Assembly: GCA_040954595.2 (NCBI GenBank)
Contig: CM082593.2
Location: forward strand, 2,143,830-2,207,829
Source: Balanoglossus misakiensis
Lineage: Eukaryota; Animalia; Hemichordata
DNA: 64,000 nucleotides
Direction: 5' to 3'
The notes under the pieces are model-generated. The model saw nothing but the letters and a program-made list of their open reading frames with translations, did no database searches and was not told the origin of the DNA. Shown here piece by piece: positions 1-22,229 of this stretch (position 1 is the stretch's first letter; every line of letters starts with the position of its first letter). The position numbers and the translations under genes were made by a program.

Positions 1-2198
1 TCCAAGTCCACATCTTCGCTTGTATTCGGTTAGTTTTAAATGCTTCGTTAGATTTGTGATAATTGGATACTCCACTCCACTCAACCCACACAGAATAGTG
101 CCGAAAAATAAGCTTAGACCACAAGAGTTAGGTTTTCAGTTGTTGGTTTTTCCCCAACACTGCTCAACATCATGGGTGGATTCTTTCAGGGGGTCTTCGT
201 AGTATAATCGTCCTCCATTTTTCGGCTGGCTTTTTTGTTACTAAAGGGGATTTTAGTCTCATTCAATCTGCAGGTGATCAATGGTGGGGAACTTTTCAAA
301 TCTGAGATGTTTTCCAACAAATATTTAAACCTGTCTTTCTTGTTATTTGCTATGATGAACATCACTACAAACAAAGGATATTTTCTAGGCACCCACACAA
401 ACTCTGGTCAAGTCTAGATTTTGAGCAGAGATGGAAAAACAAACAGCAGCAAACTTAACACTTAAAGAGTCAAGAATCGCATAAATACACACATATTTTT
501 TTAAAAACTTCAATAAAACAGAAAAATCTACAACTACAGTAAAATTGAAATCTTCAAAATGAAGATAGTTTGATTAGTTATCTTTCATCGCTCTCATTTC
601 ATAATTATCTGTACTTGACAAGCTCCCCAGAAATAAAGAACATCTGTAACTTCGATAGCCCTTGTGAGAATAGAGATTTTCAGAAATATATAGAAACACC
701 AAATCTAGTATCAGAAAGTCGCACTTCAAAAATATCAAAGGCTTGATCAGAAAAAAATGCCGAACAAGAAAAAGAGAGCAATATAGATCAGATCTAAAGG
801 TTGGATAAAACTCAAACTTTCAGAAAGATATACAAATGAGTTAAAAATAAAACACTTCTCCAAACTTTATCTTCGTCGGCATAACATCATAAACAAAACA
901 TTTTCCAGAAAAAAGCAACCATCATAATACACACAAGAAACCTAGTTGGAAAATTTTCAACACGTCTAAAAATAGATAATTATACACTTCAACCTCTTTT
1001 TATATTTTTTCTCAATTACTCTCAAGCAAGATATATATAGCTAAATACACATAAAAAACCTTACACATTACACATCTATGGTTGAAAAACACAAAACAGA
1101 AACGAAGTCGCTGGGTCTAGAATCATGAAGTTAAAAGACAGGGCATGAGGGTTTCTTGTGAGATGTTTCCAGTGGAAAGCTGATACAGTTGTGGTTGTGT
1201 CAGGGGGCTTATCATTTACCATTTCTACAGTTGTTTATCTCATTAAAACAGTTATTTTTGGTCATTTAATCTGCACAAACACTGAAACTCCTGAAGGAAT
1301 GTTGAACAGGCCATAGAGTGCATTCATTTATAGTAGACAACTTCAAAATGTCCAACCTGGAACTTTTTTCATATCGTTCATTTTAGGCTTTTCTTAGAAA
1401 ACAAAAGCAGATATCCAGGATCTTGACATTGGTTTAGGATTTAAGGGACCACAATCTTCCCAAATTTACTGATATTTGAAAGAGCTTTCATTTATCTGAA
1501 AACCAGTTCCCCAGGTACTTTCACCATTTTTGGGAACTTAAATTTCCTTTGGCTGAATCAATTGTCCTTTGCACTCAAGCCAATATCGTGGCATAACATA
1601 CAAAATCAGATTATTAAATATTATACACCTGGTGGATATAAGAACCTCATACGATTTTTATAATCTTTGTCACAAAATTACCTCATTGAGTTTTCGTTGA
1701 ATGAAATTTCACCACATTTTTTACTCGTTGACAAAATTTCTCAACATTCATGGCTTCTGGCAAGTAACAAATAATTATGAAATGAGAGCCATGTACATCA
1801 TTCTCCATTTTCCACTTTTCCCTTTTCGGCAGAATTTCCACTTTACAATTTATGTCTTCTGTTACATTTGAAAATGAATAGCGAGGGTGAATCAAGATTT
1901 TTAATGAGCTCAGCTTTTGTGTATGTTCAGCTCCCACTTGCAATGCGTTGTAGCTGCCCGATTCTGTTTATAAACAATGTATTTACATAACAACTGGATT
2001 ATTCCAAACCAAGTCATTGCAAGCAAGGGGAGTGAGTGGGCGTGAAGGAAATGTGAACTTTTAAAACGTTGAATTTAGGAAAACTCAATGTTGCATTTAA
2101 GCGTGTTGTACGGTAAAATCTTGCAAAGGAAAGGAGGGAAGGGATTCTGTAGATCTTTTTAATGGCAACAGAGGACACGATGTCTGCTGGTCACGTCT

Positions 2199-12078
<9,880 letters not shown>

Positions 12079-12174
12079 CTCGTGGTCAGTCTAGCGGTGT
12101 GCCAAATTTCGGTCACCACTCTCACACCACACGTCCCTTTTACCAACTTGGGCCTCTAAATGAGCACCAGTGTG

Positions 12175-12415
12175 GTATCCACGTCAAACTGAGCTGTGTG
12201 CCGTTCAAATTACATAGCTAACTGCCAATCATGCGATAAATCAGTAACTATTATCCAATAAAGAGGAAGTCGGCCAATCAGACGACAGATTGTGTTTATA
12301 GATGGGGAACTACTAACGAACCGACCGGGAAGTGTACTAGGCAGACTTGAGCCAATCAGATAATCAGCAAACGATAATGGGCGGAACTTGCCGACTACAG
12401 CTGGTTTATATAAAT
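12175..12415 (-). promoter_or_regulatory. Putative ZCCHC24 promoter with clustered CCAAT boxes
   Basis: CCAAT at 12225, 12255, 12274 and 12352; GGGCGG at ~12378; GGAAGT ETS cores; CRE-like CCACGTCA at ~12179. All lie 100-330 bp upstream of the ATG at 12078. Confidence 0.6.
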
Positions 12416-14401
12416 CTGTCAAACTTCAACAGCACGTTCACAGATGATAAATAATACACCCTTGGCCCAAACCGAAAAAAGGGAACTTAAAAGTCACAAC
12501 GGAAAAAAGTTGCTGAAAGTTTGTTAAGTTCAGTTGTCTGACTTTTCTGTGCGGTACGAAGTTATCAAATGCTTGCGAAGTGGGGCCGAGGTGACGGACT
12601 CAACCACATTCTCCTGAGAGATCTTATAAAAGTTCTTAAAAACGGAAAAACATTGTTTTATTAGCAATACGTGTGTCTGTCTTCAGTCGAAAATAGCTTT
12701 GTGGTTGTGCGTCATTGTGGGCAGTTGCCATGGGCACGGATAGTGCTGGGTAACCACGGCGCGGGGTCTGAGCACAGAGATGGGAAATAAGATCTTCTGC
12801 ATCTAAAATAGGTCCTTTCGAGCTTTCCAAGGTCCGGTATACTAATGTTCTGTACAGAGAACAGTCCGGGACTATGTCTCTGGGGGAAAAGTGGGAGATT
12901 TGGCCAACACTTGAAAACTTTCGGCGCCGGATTCGGCCAATTTGACTAAAACTGTCTTCAACATAGAAGTTTCTGGCCACCATGTTCCATGAACAACCGC
13001 AATGAATATAGCCATGATCAAAAGCAGACGGACAGTCTGAAAAGACGGTTTGTATCACATTTGTATACACGGTGGTTTAAACAATAAAAACACTTTAACG
13101 CCTAATTGGTTTGCTGTGGAACAAGCTTGTCACTGCTTTGTCAGGAAGTCTACCAGCTGATGGTCGCTAATTCACGCCAATTATCCGCTTGTCACGCGCA
13201 TTTCCGTGCATGTGTGGTCCACTGGAGATGAGACCGTAGACGATACCCATGACAACAGAGCCCCGTTGTCCATTGACCCATTACTCTTAGTACATTAATG
13301 GTAGGCCTGGTTGTAGAAGTCTGGTTTTCCTGTTTATATATGGGAGTGCGAGTCATTATTCTGAATTTGTGTGTTGATAGAAGCACCCAAGTTCTTAGGC
13401 CTAAGAGTTGCTGTTGGGATACTGTCTTGTGCATGCAAGGGAGTCGTCATAAGGTGACTCTGATGGGTCAACTAAGAGCAGTCAATGTTACAAGGGATTT
13501 AATCCCCAGATATGCTGAGAAGACCACATGTAGGTATTTCTTTGGGTCGGTGCACGAGGACTTAGGGGCCTGGTGATCATGCGCAGGACGTGCGCCACCA
13601 ACGTTCGATCAAAGATGCAAATTGGCCAGTGTGCAGCTTCTTTCTGTTACTACCAAACACTTTCTTATTTCCTTTAGGGAATATTAGGAATGTGTTTTAA
13701 TCTTTGGGGCCTAGGATTCATGACTATGTGTCACATGTACAACACAGAACATTATATGGCATGTCTTTCAGACAATTTTTATTCTAACATAAAATTGACA
13801 GCAAGCACATAAAGTGACTTGCTCACATATTGGGAAGGTAATGGATGCCAAAACCAACAACACACATTTCTGCTGGAAGCAACTGAATTGCAGCAGACGT
13901 GGAAAGTTACACAATAGTAGGCAAGAGACATTTTTGCCTGCTGAGAATTTTAAAGAATTAAATAAAATAATACAATTATGGTATGCCATTGCTGTTCTTG
14001 CATAGATATTTAGAAATTCAATAATTTGCTATGTCAAGTACAATAGAGGTGACTGAGTTTAGGCTCCATCTCTTGTCAACTGCTGTTCGCATCAACTGGT
14101 GTGTTGGGTCATTGTCTTCAAAGATGGCACAAACAGTTGCAATGTACATGTGGTGTTCCTGCATGGCTTGTCTGAATACTGATATGGTACAATGATGCAG
14201 ACAGCCACTGTCATTATACATAACTTCCATCCGTAAATATTTCACAATTTTCCCTCAAAACATGTCATTCTTTGGAGTTTGACGATCATTTCATTTCATG
14301 AAGGATCACTCTCTCTCTGTCTTTATCAAGTGAAGACGTCCACACAATTTGAAGCTACCTGAAACATCATGTTCTTCTCTGGATGTACGCCTTGTCCATC
14401 T

Positions 14402-17400
14402 TCACACCAATCCGAAGCCCTGAGTGTTCTCAATTGCCAAGTACAACTTTTCCCGGAGTTTTTCCTTGGTGTTGTAGACCGGCAAATCCAGTAAATTGAA
14501 GCATGTGTGAGCCACCGGAAGGAACTCCTCTCCGCCACGCACCGACTGGATGATGAACTTGAGTGCCTTCATTCCCAGGATCGGGATGCGGTCACTTCCG
14601 GTCAGGAACACTGAGAAAGAGAAACAGTTCAAAAAATGGGATAATTATCTTGCAAAGGAAGTCAGTAGAAATTGCATTGAACATTAATATATTTTGGCCC
14701 ACAGAACTTATCCATGAAATACTTTCCTCGTATCATACTGACACAACCATTCCAGACACTGCAGAAATGCTCACCTAGGAATTTCTTCTTAAGATCCAGA
14801 ATCATTCCATGGAAGACTTCCCAGAAATACCGGATTGTCGGGTGTTGTCTGTAATATTCACCTTTGTAGGTTGTATTCTGTAAGACAATTGGATATCATC
14901 ATGTTGTATGTCACACATCTGGCATGGCTAAGCAGTCCATATGGGGAGGACATATCATGTGACCAAGAGCGGATCAAAACCACTTTAGCAGCCAACTGGG
15001 ATGAGAAAAACTTACTTTCTCAAATTCTTCCCACTCGTAATGTTCATTACCAACAACCATGGCCATCAGCTCTTGGGGGTGGAACAAGTCCAGAACCCTT
15101 CCCCCGCAAACACGCATGAAACCATCACTGAAGGCGTTGAATTGTTCTGCAACTGATGAGTTGAGTTGGAAGTCCACGTATGCCTTCACATATTCATTTC
15201 TGGAAAGAACAGAAGGGAAGAAGTTTGAAGTTTTGAAGATGACTGGTGGATTATGCCTGAGGTTATAGGAGCATATTTGACTTATTGCCCCATGCAAGCC
15301 AGCAGACCTGAATATTCAGATATACCCACCTATTTTCATCTGTAACAGGCGTGGTGCGGCCATTTGGTGCCAGGTCCACAACTTCTAAAGTTCCAAAGGA
15401 ATCTCTGCCTATTGAAAAGGTCAGACCAAATGTTTCTTCCACATCATCTCCTTCGTAGTCTAACACGTCCTGTAGACTACTGGCTACTTCTGAATCCAGC
15501 GATTTCAGGTCTTCTAAATTTACTTTTCTACAAAAGTCATCAAAATAGACACCAGGTCATATTACTCTTGTAGGATCCTTACCCCGATAATATTAGTTCA
15601 GGGTTTGTCATTTTGAGTTCAAACTCTGCTTTATCATTCATGTTTATGTAGAACTACCAGTCCAAACCAACCAGGGACTTACTTTCTGAGAAGTTTCTTG
15701 TACAAAGCTAATGGAAAATGCAGGTCAATAATGGTGGCATTGTAGATAGCCAAGCCACAGATCACACCAACCAATGTAAACATCTCAGCACCTTCAAAAG
15801 TCTACGAGACAAAAAAAAGAAAATACATCTAGATAATACCAATATGGATCTGGGCTATGAATAGTGTTCTGCATAGTTATATACAAATCATATATCATAA
15901 CACAACATGTATAGCCACATTGAAGCCACTATGTGCAAGCTACACCTACCTTATCATTAAACCATATCGATCTGCAACTGTCATAGTATTTAAACATTCC
16001 ATACTTGGGGTTCAGGATATCTTCCAATATCAGCATGAAGAATTCCTGAAATAAGGCACACCATCATTAGACAGATATTGGTGAGTAAAAAAATCTTACT
16101 TACTTTTCTACACAGCCATAGCACAAGAGTTTAAGAACTTGCCAAGAGTTTCCAAAGTCTCGGCCAATAACTTCAACTAATTCAAACATTTTTCTGTTAC
16201 CTTCCTTACTCCTCCAGCATCTACTGCTTCTTCACCATGGAATATAACACGCAGTGGTTTCTTGAGATCTGCATTGCCCTGCTTGCGAAGCTGAACCAGT
16301 GTGCTTCGAACAATGTTGTCTCTTTCCACATAAAGCACCAGACAGGGACTGACAGGGTCGATCATTCGTACAAACATACTTGTTATGTTACGGCGGTGAA
16401 CTTCATCCATGGCAAACTGAAAACGGTATGGTTGAGTGGTTTATCAACTTTATGTGAAGAGTTTGAAGTACTACCAGATCTGAGTACTCAATCAAATTTG
16501 AAGACATGCTAAGAGTACCAAACAGATCAGAATTTCACAGTGATACACATAGATTTACCTGCATCTGGAGATGAGCATCTGTCTGTATGAGCACCGTCTT
16601 GGCTGTTGCATCCAGGACAAATGGGAAGTTGCAGAAGGAAAATGGATGTCTTCCAGGCTGGAAATGTCAAAAGAGGCAATGCTGTCACTACAATAGAGTA
16701 AGCAATGCATCATTTCAGATTTTCTTCAAAACGGGCTTAACAAGGGTTGCAATCAAATAGTTGCCTTACCTGAACATGTCCAGCCAGCTGCTGTATCCAC
16801 CCAAAATAATCCTGTTGGATATCAAGGACACTTGCGATTTCAGGTATGTAGAACTTGAAGTACGGGACAATGTCTTTCTCTGTGTTCACCTGCATTAAAA
16901 CAGAACATATCATCGGGCAGTGATTACTAAAACAACCCACTCATATGCAGACATATTTTCTGTGAGTCCATTATTTCTCCTTGAAACCAAATCAAGACAC
17001 TTACCTTGTTGAGTTTATCCAATACTTGCATACAGGTCAATAATGTTTCTCTGTATTTATTGGCCTCAGGTTCAGACTTGGGATCATACTTCACAATATG
17101 AATCACAACCTTGCGAAAGACTTCAAGAATTCTACTAAAGAAGCGGGGCATGAGGAAACTCCACCACCGTCCTATATGAATGAAAGAACATGGTATGTAA
17201 TCAATAATTTTATTTCTTATAATATAGCATGTAGTAGTAATATTAATTCTTGTTTACTATCCTGCTCAACATAACTTATCGTAAACAGATGTCAAACATT
17301 TGTGCCATGTTTATTTACACTACACTAAATGTAAATGGAATGAAAATGGTAATGTAACCGGATGTACTTTGAGAAACAAAACTAAGTCAAGTTGAAACCC

Positions 17401-20400
17401 AACATCTTCACAGAACTTGTAGTTTTTTGAGGCACACCTACTAACCTAAGACTTTCCCTGCCTCAGGAGTCAGTCTCATAATACAAAATGCCAATGGAAA
17501 AATCAGTGGCATGAGATAATTAGCCGTGTCTAACAACAATGGATATTCCGGGATTATGAGATAGACACGCAGTGCATCCACACCCGGTGGTGAGGCCGGA
17601 AGACTTGGTAGCAAATATTTGCCAAGACGCGATGATACCTGAAAGAGAACATGCAACTCAGTTTGGAGTTTGTGAAGTTTGAATTTTTAACTTCAGCTTG
17701 GAAAAGTTTTTGAGTTAATTGTTCATGCTATAGCCTGATTGGTTCACTAAGTATTTATTATGAGAATCTATTTTTCACCTTTATTCTATGACATCTCCAT
17801 ATGCTGATCTTTTAACTTTCCATTCGCTTAACACTAGAAATATACAACGCTCTTTCTTAAAGTGAAAATTCATATTGTTCTGTGCTGCACTGATCAGCCA
17901 TTGAGGGCCTTCACAAATCATGAACATCAAAGTTGTACCACTGAGGGCGTTGTATACTTACAATCTCCTTGATGTAGGGGTTGTTTTTCTCTTGAAGTTT
18001 TTGGAATGCGCTGCGGACAGCGTCCAGATCCACTCCGTGGTGTCGGCTGCTGCTGCCGTAGTTTTCATTCTCCTCACTGCAACAGTAAGCGTCACTTGTA
18101 GCATGAACACACACCGGCAAATAGTAACACCACGGTATCACACGGAAAAAAATGGCAAACACACGCAAAAAAAAAAGAAAAAAAAGTGGAGAGAAAGATA
18201 ATGGATGGTAAGAATGTTATGGATGAATAGCAATGTTGCTAGCATCTTAGGTTACATCAGCAGAGATGCAATACATGTACATTCAACAAACACAGATTAA
18301 AGACAACACACATTTTTTTTCTGAATACAACAATCTGAATACAACAACAACAACAACGACAACATGTTGCAGCTACGACAGCAAATGACAGCATTGTTTT
18401 GAAAGAAGCAGCACATTTGGTTAGAAACTTGAAAGCCTGCAATGAATATTTCCACACAATGAATAAAAATAGAAGTATATTACTGAGACTTAGAGTTGTC
18501 AAGTACCTGCAGAGAAAAGAAGCATTGAGACACCCTGCTGAGGAGAATACAGTTTCCAATTGTCTGAGCTGATCTGTGGATGGCTTTGCATCTGCTGGAA
18601 TGGTCAGTAGTTCTTCAATGAAATCATTCCCTAGGTGAAGGATCTCCTTATGTGGAAGCGATTCCCTGAAATCAAGCGGCTTGACATTATCCTGGAATTG
18701 ATTGACGGGAAAGCCAGTGAGTCGGGAAAATGGATTTGTGTGATTAGTGCTCAATCCTTGTAACAAACACAGATAAATATGATTGTGAAAACAAGAAATT
18801 CAGAAGCACCTTGAGGAATCCAACTTGAACGAAGCAGTGATCACCACCTGTGTAGACCCTTTCCACTACACACTGATCATCTTCAGACACATCCATAGGT
18901 TCTTCTTGTCTGTGCCATGCTGCACCCCCATGTGGCACCCAGTGTCCTAACACAGGGGTTGGTGTCAGCTTGCGACTTGTACTGCCGTTCCCAAGCTGCC
19001 CGTTTGCACCCAGTCCAAATGCGTAGATGCGACCACTGGTTGGAACATAGGCCAGCATATGCCGCCTTGAGAAACACAGGAATAATTGTATCAATTTGTA
19101 CATGTATTCCACAACATACAAGCAATCATAAGTCACCTTCTAGCGACATGACCTACTTTGATAGGACCCATTATGATATAAACTATTTTGACCCATATAC
19201 TTAGCCATGACCTATTTTCAACTGATAACTGGGTCTTTGAGTCGAGTCACTTCAGTAGAAATACAATAATATATACATGAAAGTCATTTGTTGTCTCACC
19301 TCCCGCAAGCTATCTGTGTCACATTGCTGCCCATCAATTCAAAGTTTTTCCGCGGGTTTTCTTCATCGCTGTTGGAGTTGTGTCCCAGTTGCCCATGGCT
19401 ACCACATCCAAATGTAAACACTCCACCTTCCTGGAACAGAGCGCAAGACACACCAAACTAACTCAAATGCCTCTACCTACAAAACCAAACACAACCATGC
19501 CATGGTTTCTTGGGGCGAATTTTCCATTTATGTCATTTTTGATGGGTTAAATGCACCTTACAGCACCAGTGGCTGCAACCTTTGAACTTTGACCCCACAA
19601 CTGACACCATTACCTTTGTTAATGCTGCTGTAAAATCCTCACCACAGGCTATATACACAATCATTTGACTTTGTAAACTTCTCAACTTTTCTGGGAATAG
19701 TCGATCTGAAACAAACCGGGTAGTTTTAGTAGTGTGTAGACAACCTTCCACTCATATTTCTTAAATCCGAGTCTGGCAGGATGATTAATCTATCCCTCTT
19801 TTCTCAAAGTCAAAAATTTAAGAAATGAACTCCTGGAGTTCCAACAGATACATTATTTTTACCTGTCTGGTCACTCAAGCCAAGCTGCCCGGAAGAGTTT
19901 TTCCCCCATCCATAAACAGACCCTGACATTGTCAGTGCAAAGCTGTGTGATCCACCGCAGACAACTTGTTTGATTGGAAGCCCTTGCAATGATGACAGAT
20001 ATGTCGGTGTATCTGAGAACTTGCCAGCTTTGGAGCCCAGTCCGAGCTGTCCATGGTCATTGCAGCCCCACACATAAATCTGGCTGTCTGTAAATAGATC
20101 ACAGAAAATCAAGATAAGAAGGGCAGAGAAGTGTAGAGCAATGGTTCAAGGATTTACTTTGTACCAAAACATCAAATTCTTCAAAGACAAGAATTCTACG
20201 GAAATGAAATCTCACCATTTGTTAATGCTAGAGAATGCTGAGCACCACAAGCTACTTGGATGACTTGGAGATGAGCTAGGGGTTTCACCAACCTGTCAAG
20301 GAGAATGAAAGAACACATGAAGTTTGTCAGGTTTAGATTGTAGTGTAATTATGGGGGGCCCTTGTGTATACCAATGCGATATCACGCCTATGGGCTACCA

Positions 20401-21592
20401 AAATCATGTACCAATGTTCCCTAAAAACTTAGCAAAAACACTGTCTTACCGTGGCGTTGTTTTGGGGTCTCTGTCACCACTGCCACGACCACACTGACCG
20501 AACGTGTCTTGACCCCAACTAAACACTTGCTCTTTATCATTGATGACCAGAGTGTGGGCTCGGCCACAACTCACACTCACAATGTGGTGAATTTCCAGAG
20601 CAAGTACTTGACCTTCAGAGAATCAAAGACAGTATTAGAAACATGATTAATCAATGAGACATCACATACCCTTGATGAATGATGATGATGTATTAAGACA
20701 TTTGAATTAAATGACAACTACCACATCAATTTGTCATAACGGCAAGCTGAAATCAGTCTGTCTGATTCTCATGAGATCACCTGCTCACTTTTGAATCGTG
20801 TCATGAGTGGTACGCAGTTGGTGTCATGGAGAATTGCCAAACCAAGTAAAGTGAAAGAGAAACTAAAAGTGTAAATTAGAACATTTTGCAATTTTGTTTT
20901 TAATGCAATTTTCAAGGGTTAACACTACAAATATGGTTTAAAATGTGAAAGCTCATGATGATCATAGCAGTCCTAATTTCACACTCACTCTATGAAAGTT
21001 CAGTGAGTGAGTCAGCACTTTTCATGAATACCAGTTTTGGCCAAATGAAAGACAGGGGCATTCCAATGGTTGCATAACAACACAGCTGACTGCTGAGTGA
21101 TGACAATGGGCAAACATCATATGATGATGATGCAGCAAACAAAATCTGCATTGGTAAGCAACTTTTTAAGGGACTGATGCAACCAAAAGAATTTGTCACC
21201 AGTTATTGTCATCATGCCTATTCCATCAATCAAATGTAAAGATGGCGAAACCACTTTTCCATGGTGGTTCCCTCTTTGTAGATTTCTGAACTAGTAAAGT
21301 ATGTTCTGACAATGCCACCTTACATCACACTAAAACAACGCGTGTCTATCAAAGTACCTGGCTTGCTTTGGTCACCATCTCGTCCAAGTTGAGATTCTTC
21401 ATTAGAGCCACAGGTATAGACAGTACCGTCGCTAAGGACAACCACACTATGATGTAATCCACAGCCAATATCTATGATATTCTGTCTGAAATACGGATGT
21501 TGTGTAGGGACCAGATATTTGCCTTCTTCACCTTGATTTGTTCCCAGGCCAAGCTGACCAAAACTCCCTGCTCCCCAACATTGTAAAGGCAT
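14402..21592 (-). CDS. HERC4: Small HERC family E3 ubiquitin ligase (N-terminal RCC1-like repeats + C-terminal HECT), HERC3/HERC4-like, 20 coding exons
   Basis: Exons (approx.) 21592-21358, 20612-20450, 20292-20216, 20087-19863, 19705-19614, 19430-19300, 19065-18810, 18691-18507, 18076-17962, 17638-17446, 17171-17005, 16889-16770, 16657-16559, 16416-16201, 16045-15950, 15801-15683, 15527-15330, 15199-15016, 14877-14775, 14610-14402. RCC1 repeats ([38 protein letters not shown]). HECT motifs [24 protein letters not shown] and FLTGSDRIP; catalytic [14 protein letters not shown]; C-terminus GFGLV*. Confidence 0.93.
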
Positions 21593-22229
21593 AGTTCGGC
21601 GGACGGCGGTGCCAAATCCGCCGGTAGAGACCGAAAATCAGTGGTTTGTTGTGTTGTGCTGATGCAGCTGGCCTTTTCAGTCCAGATCCGGAAGTGACGA
21701 TGATTGTTTGACGCTCGTCGCGTTGAGCAAACTTCGGCAGTTATTTCCCCACCAAGAGGACTAGAATAATAGTTGTTGACCGGACCGATAAAGTTCGACT
21801 CTCAAATTTAGTGAACAGTAATCATTCGACGAACAATCTAGAAGTTTCTCTGACCTTAGCAGGCAGGCGTATCGACATCTTGAAATCGACATTGGGGGCG
21901 CCCCAACATCCAGCTCAAGCAAGCGTCACGTGACCCGGAAATGCTGCACGGGGAATCCCCCTGTATAGGTCATCGAAATTCCCCTTTCTATAAAAAACGG
22001 TTATGTCGTAAGAGCTTTTTATTCTACGTTTTCGGGGATTTTGCTTGAGGTGTCACCCAAAACATTACTATATTTACCACATTCTACAATAACTTGGATA
22101 GCACATCTCGTAAAAACAGTTTACCTGCGATCGGTGAGTGTGATCTGCAGATAACTGCAGCACGTACATACTGTTGTGAGCGACCATTACTTGTTTTGGA
22201 GTAATTGTGTGAACGCGCCCTTCATCACT
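21593..22229. promoter_or_regulatory. Bidirectional promoter between HERC4 (-) and TNIP-like gene (+)
   Basis: Divergent ATGs about 640 bp apart; CpG-rich. ETS CCGGAAGTG at ~21688 and CCGGAAAT at ~21935; palindrome GTCACGTGAC 21925-21934; kB-type GGGGAATCCCC 21950-21960 and CGAAATTCCCC 21974-21984. Confidence 0.75.

Noticed and set aside
1438-1572. Possible TTAA-flanked MITE remnant in the ZCCHC24 3' region
   Set aside because: No convincing matching right terminal repeat
1-2198. Pumilio-like UGUA-type elements in the U-rich putative ZCCHC24 3'UTR (e.g. TGTAAATA on the - strand at 1980-1987), suggesting autoregulation
   Set aside because: Only a handful of matches were found, about what such AT-rich sequence would give by chance
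12636-13070. 144-aa minus-strand ORF or possible transposon remnant upstream of ZCCHC24
   Set aside because: No domain similarity, and no terminal inverted repeats or TSD could be paired
14402-21592. U12-type or non-canonical introns in HERC4
   Set aside because: All reconstructed introns are GT-AG and lack the RTATCCTT donor
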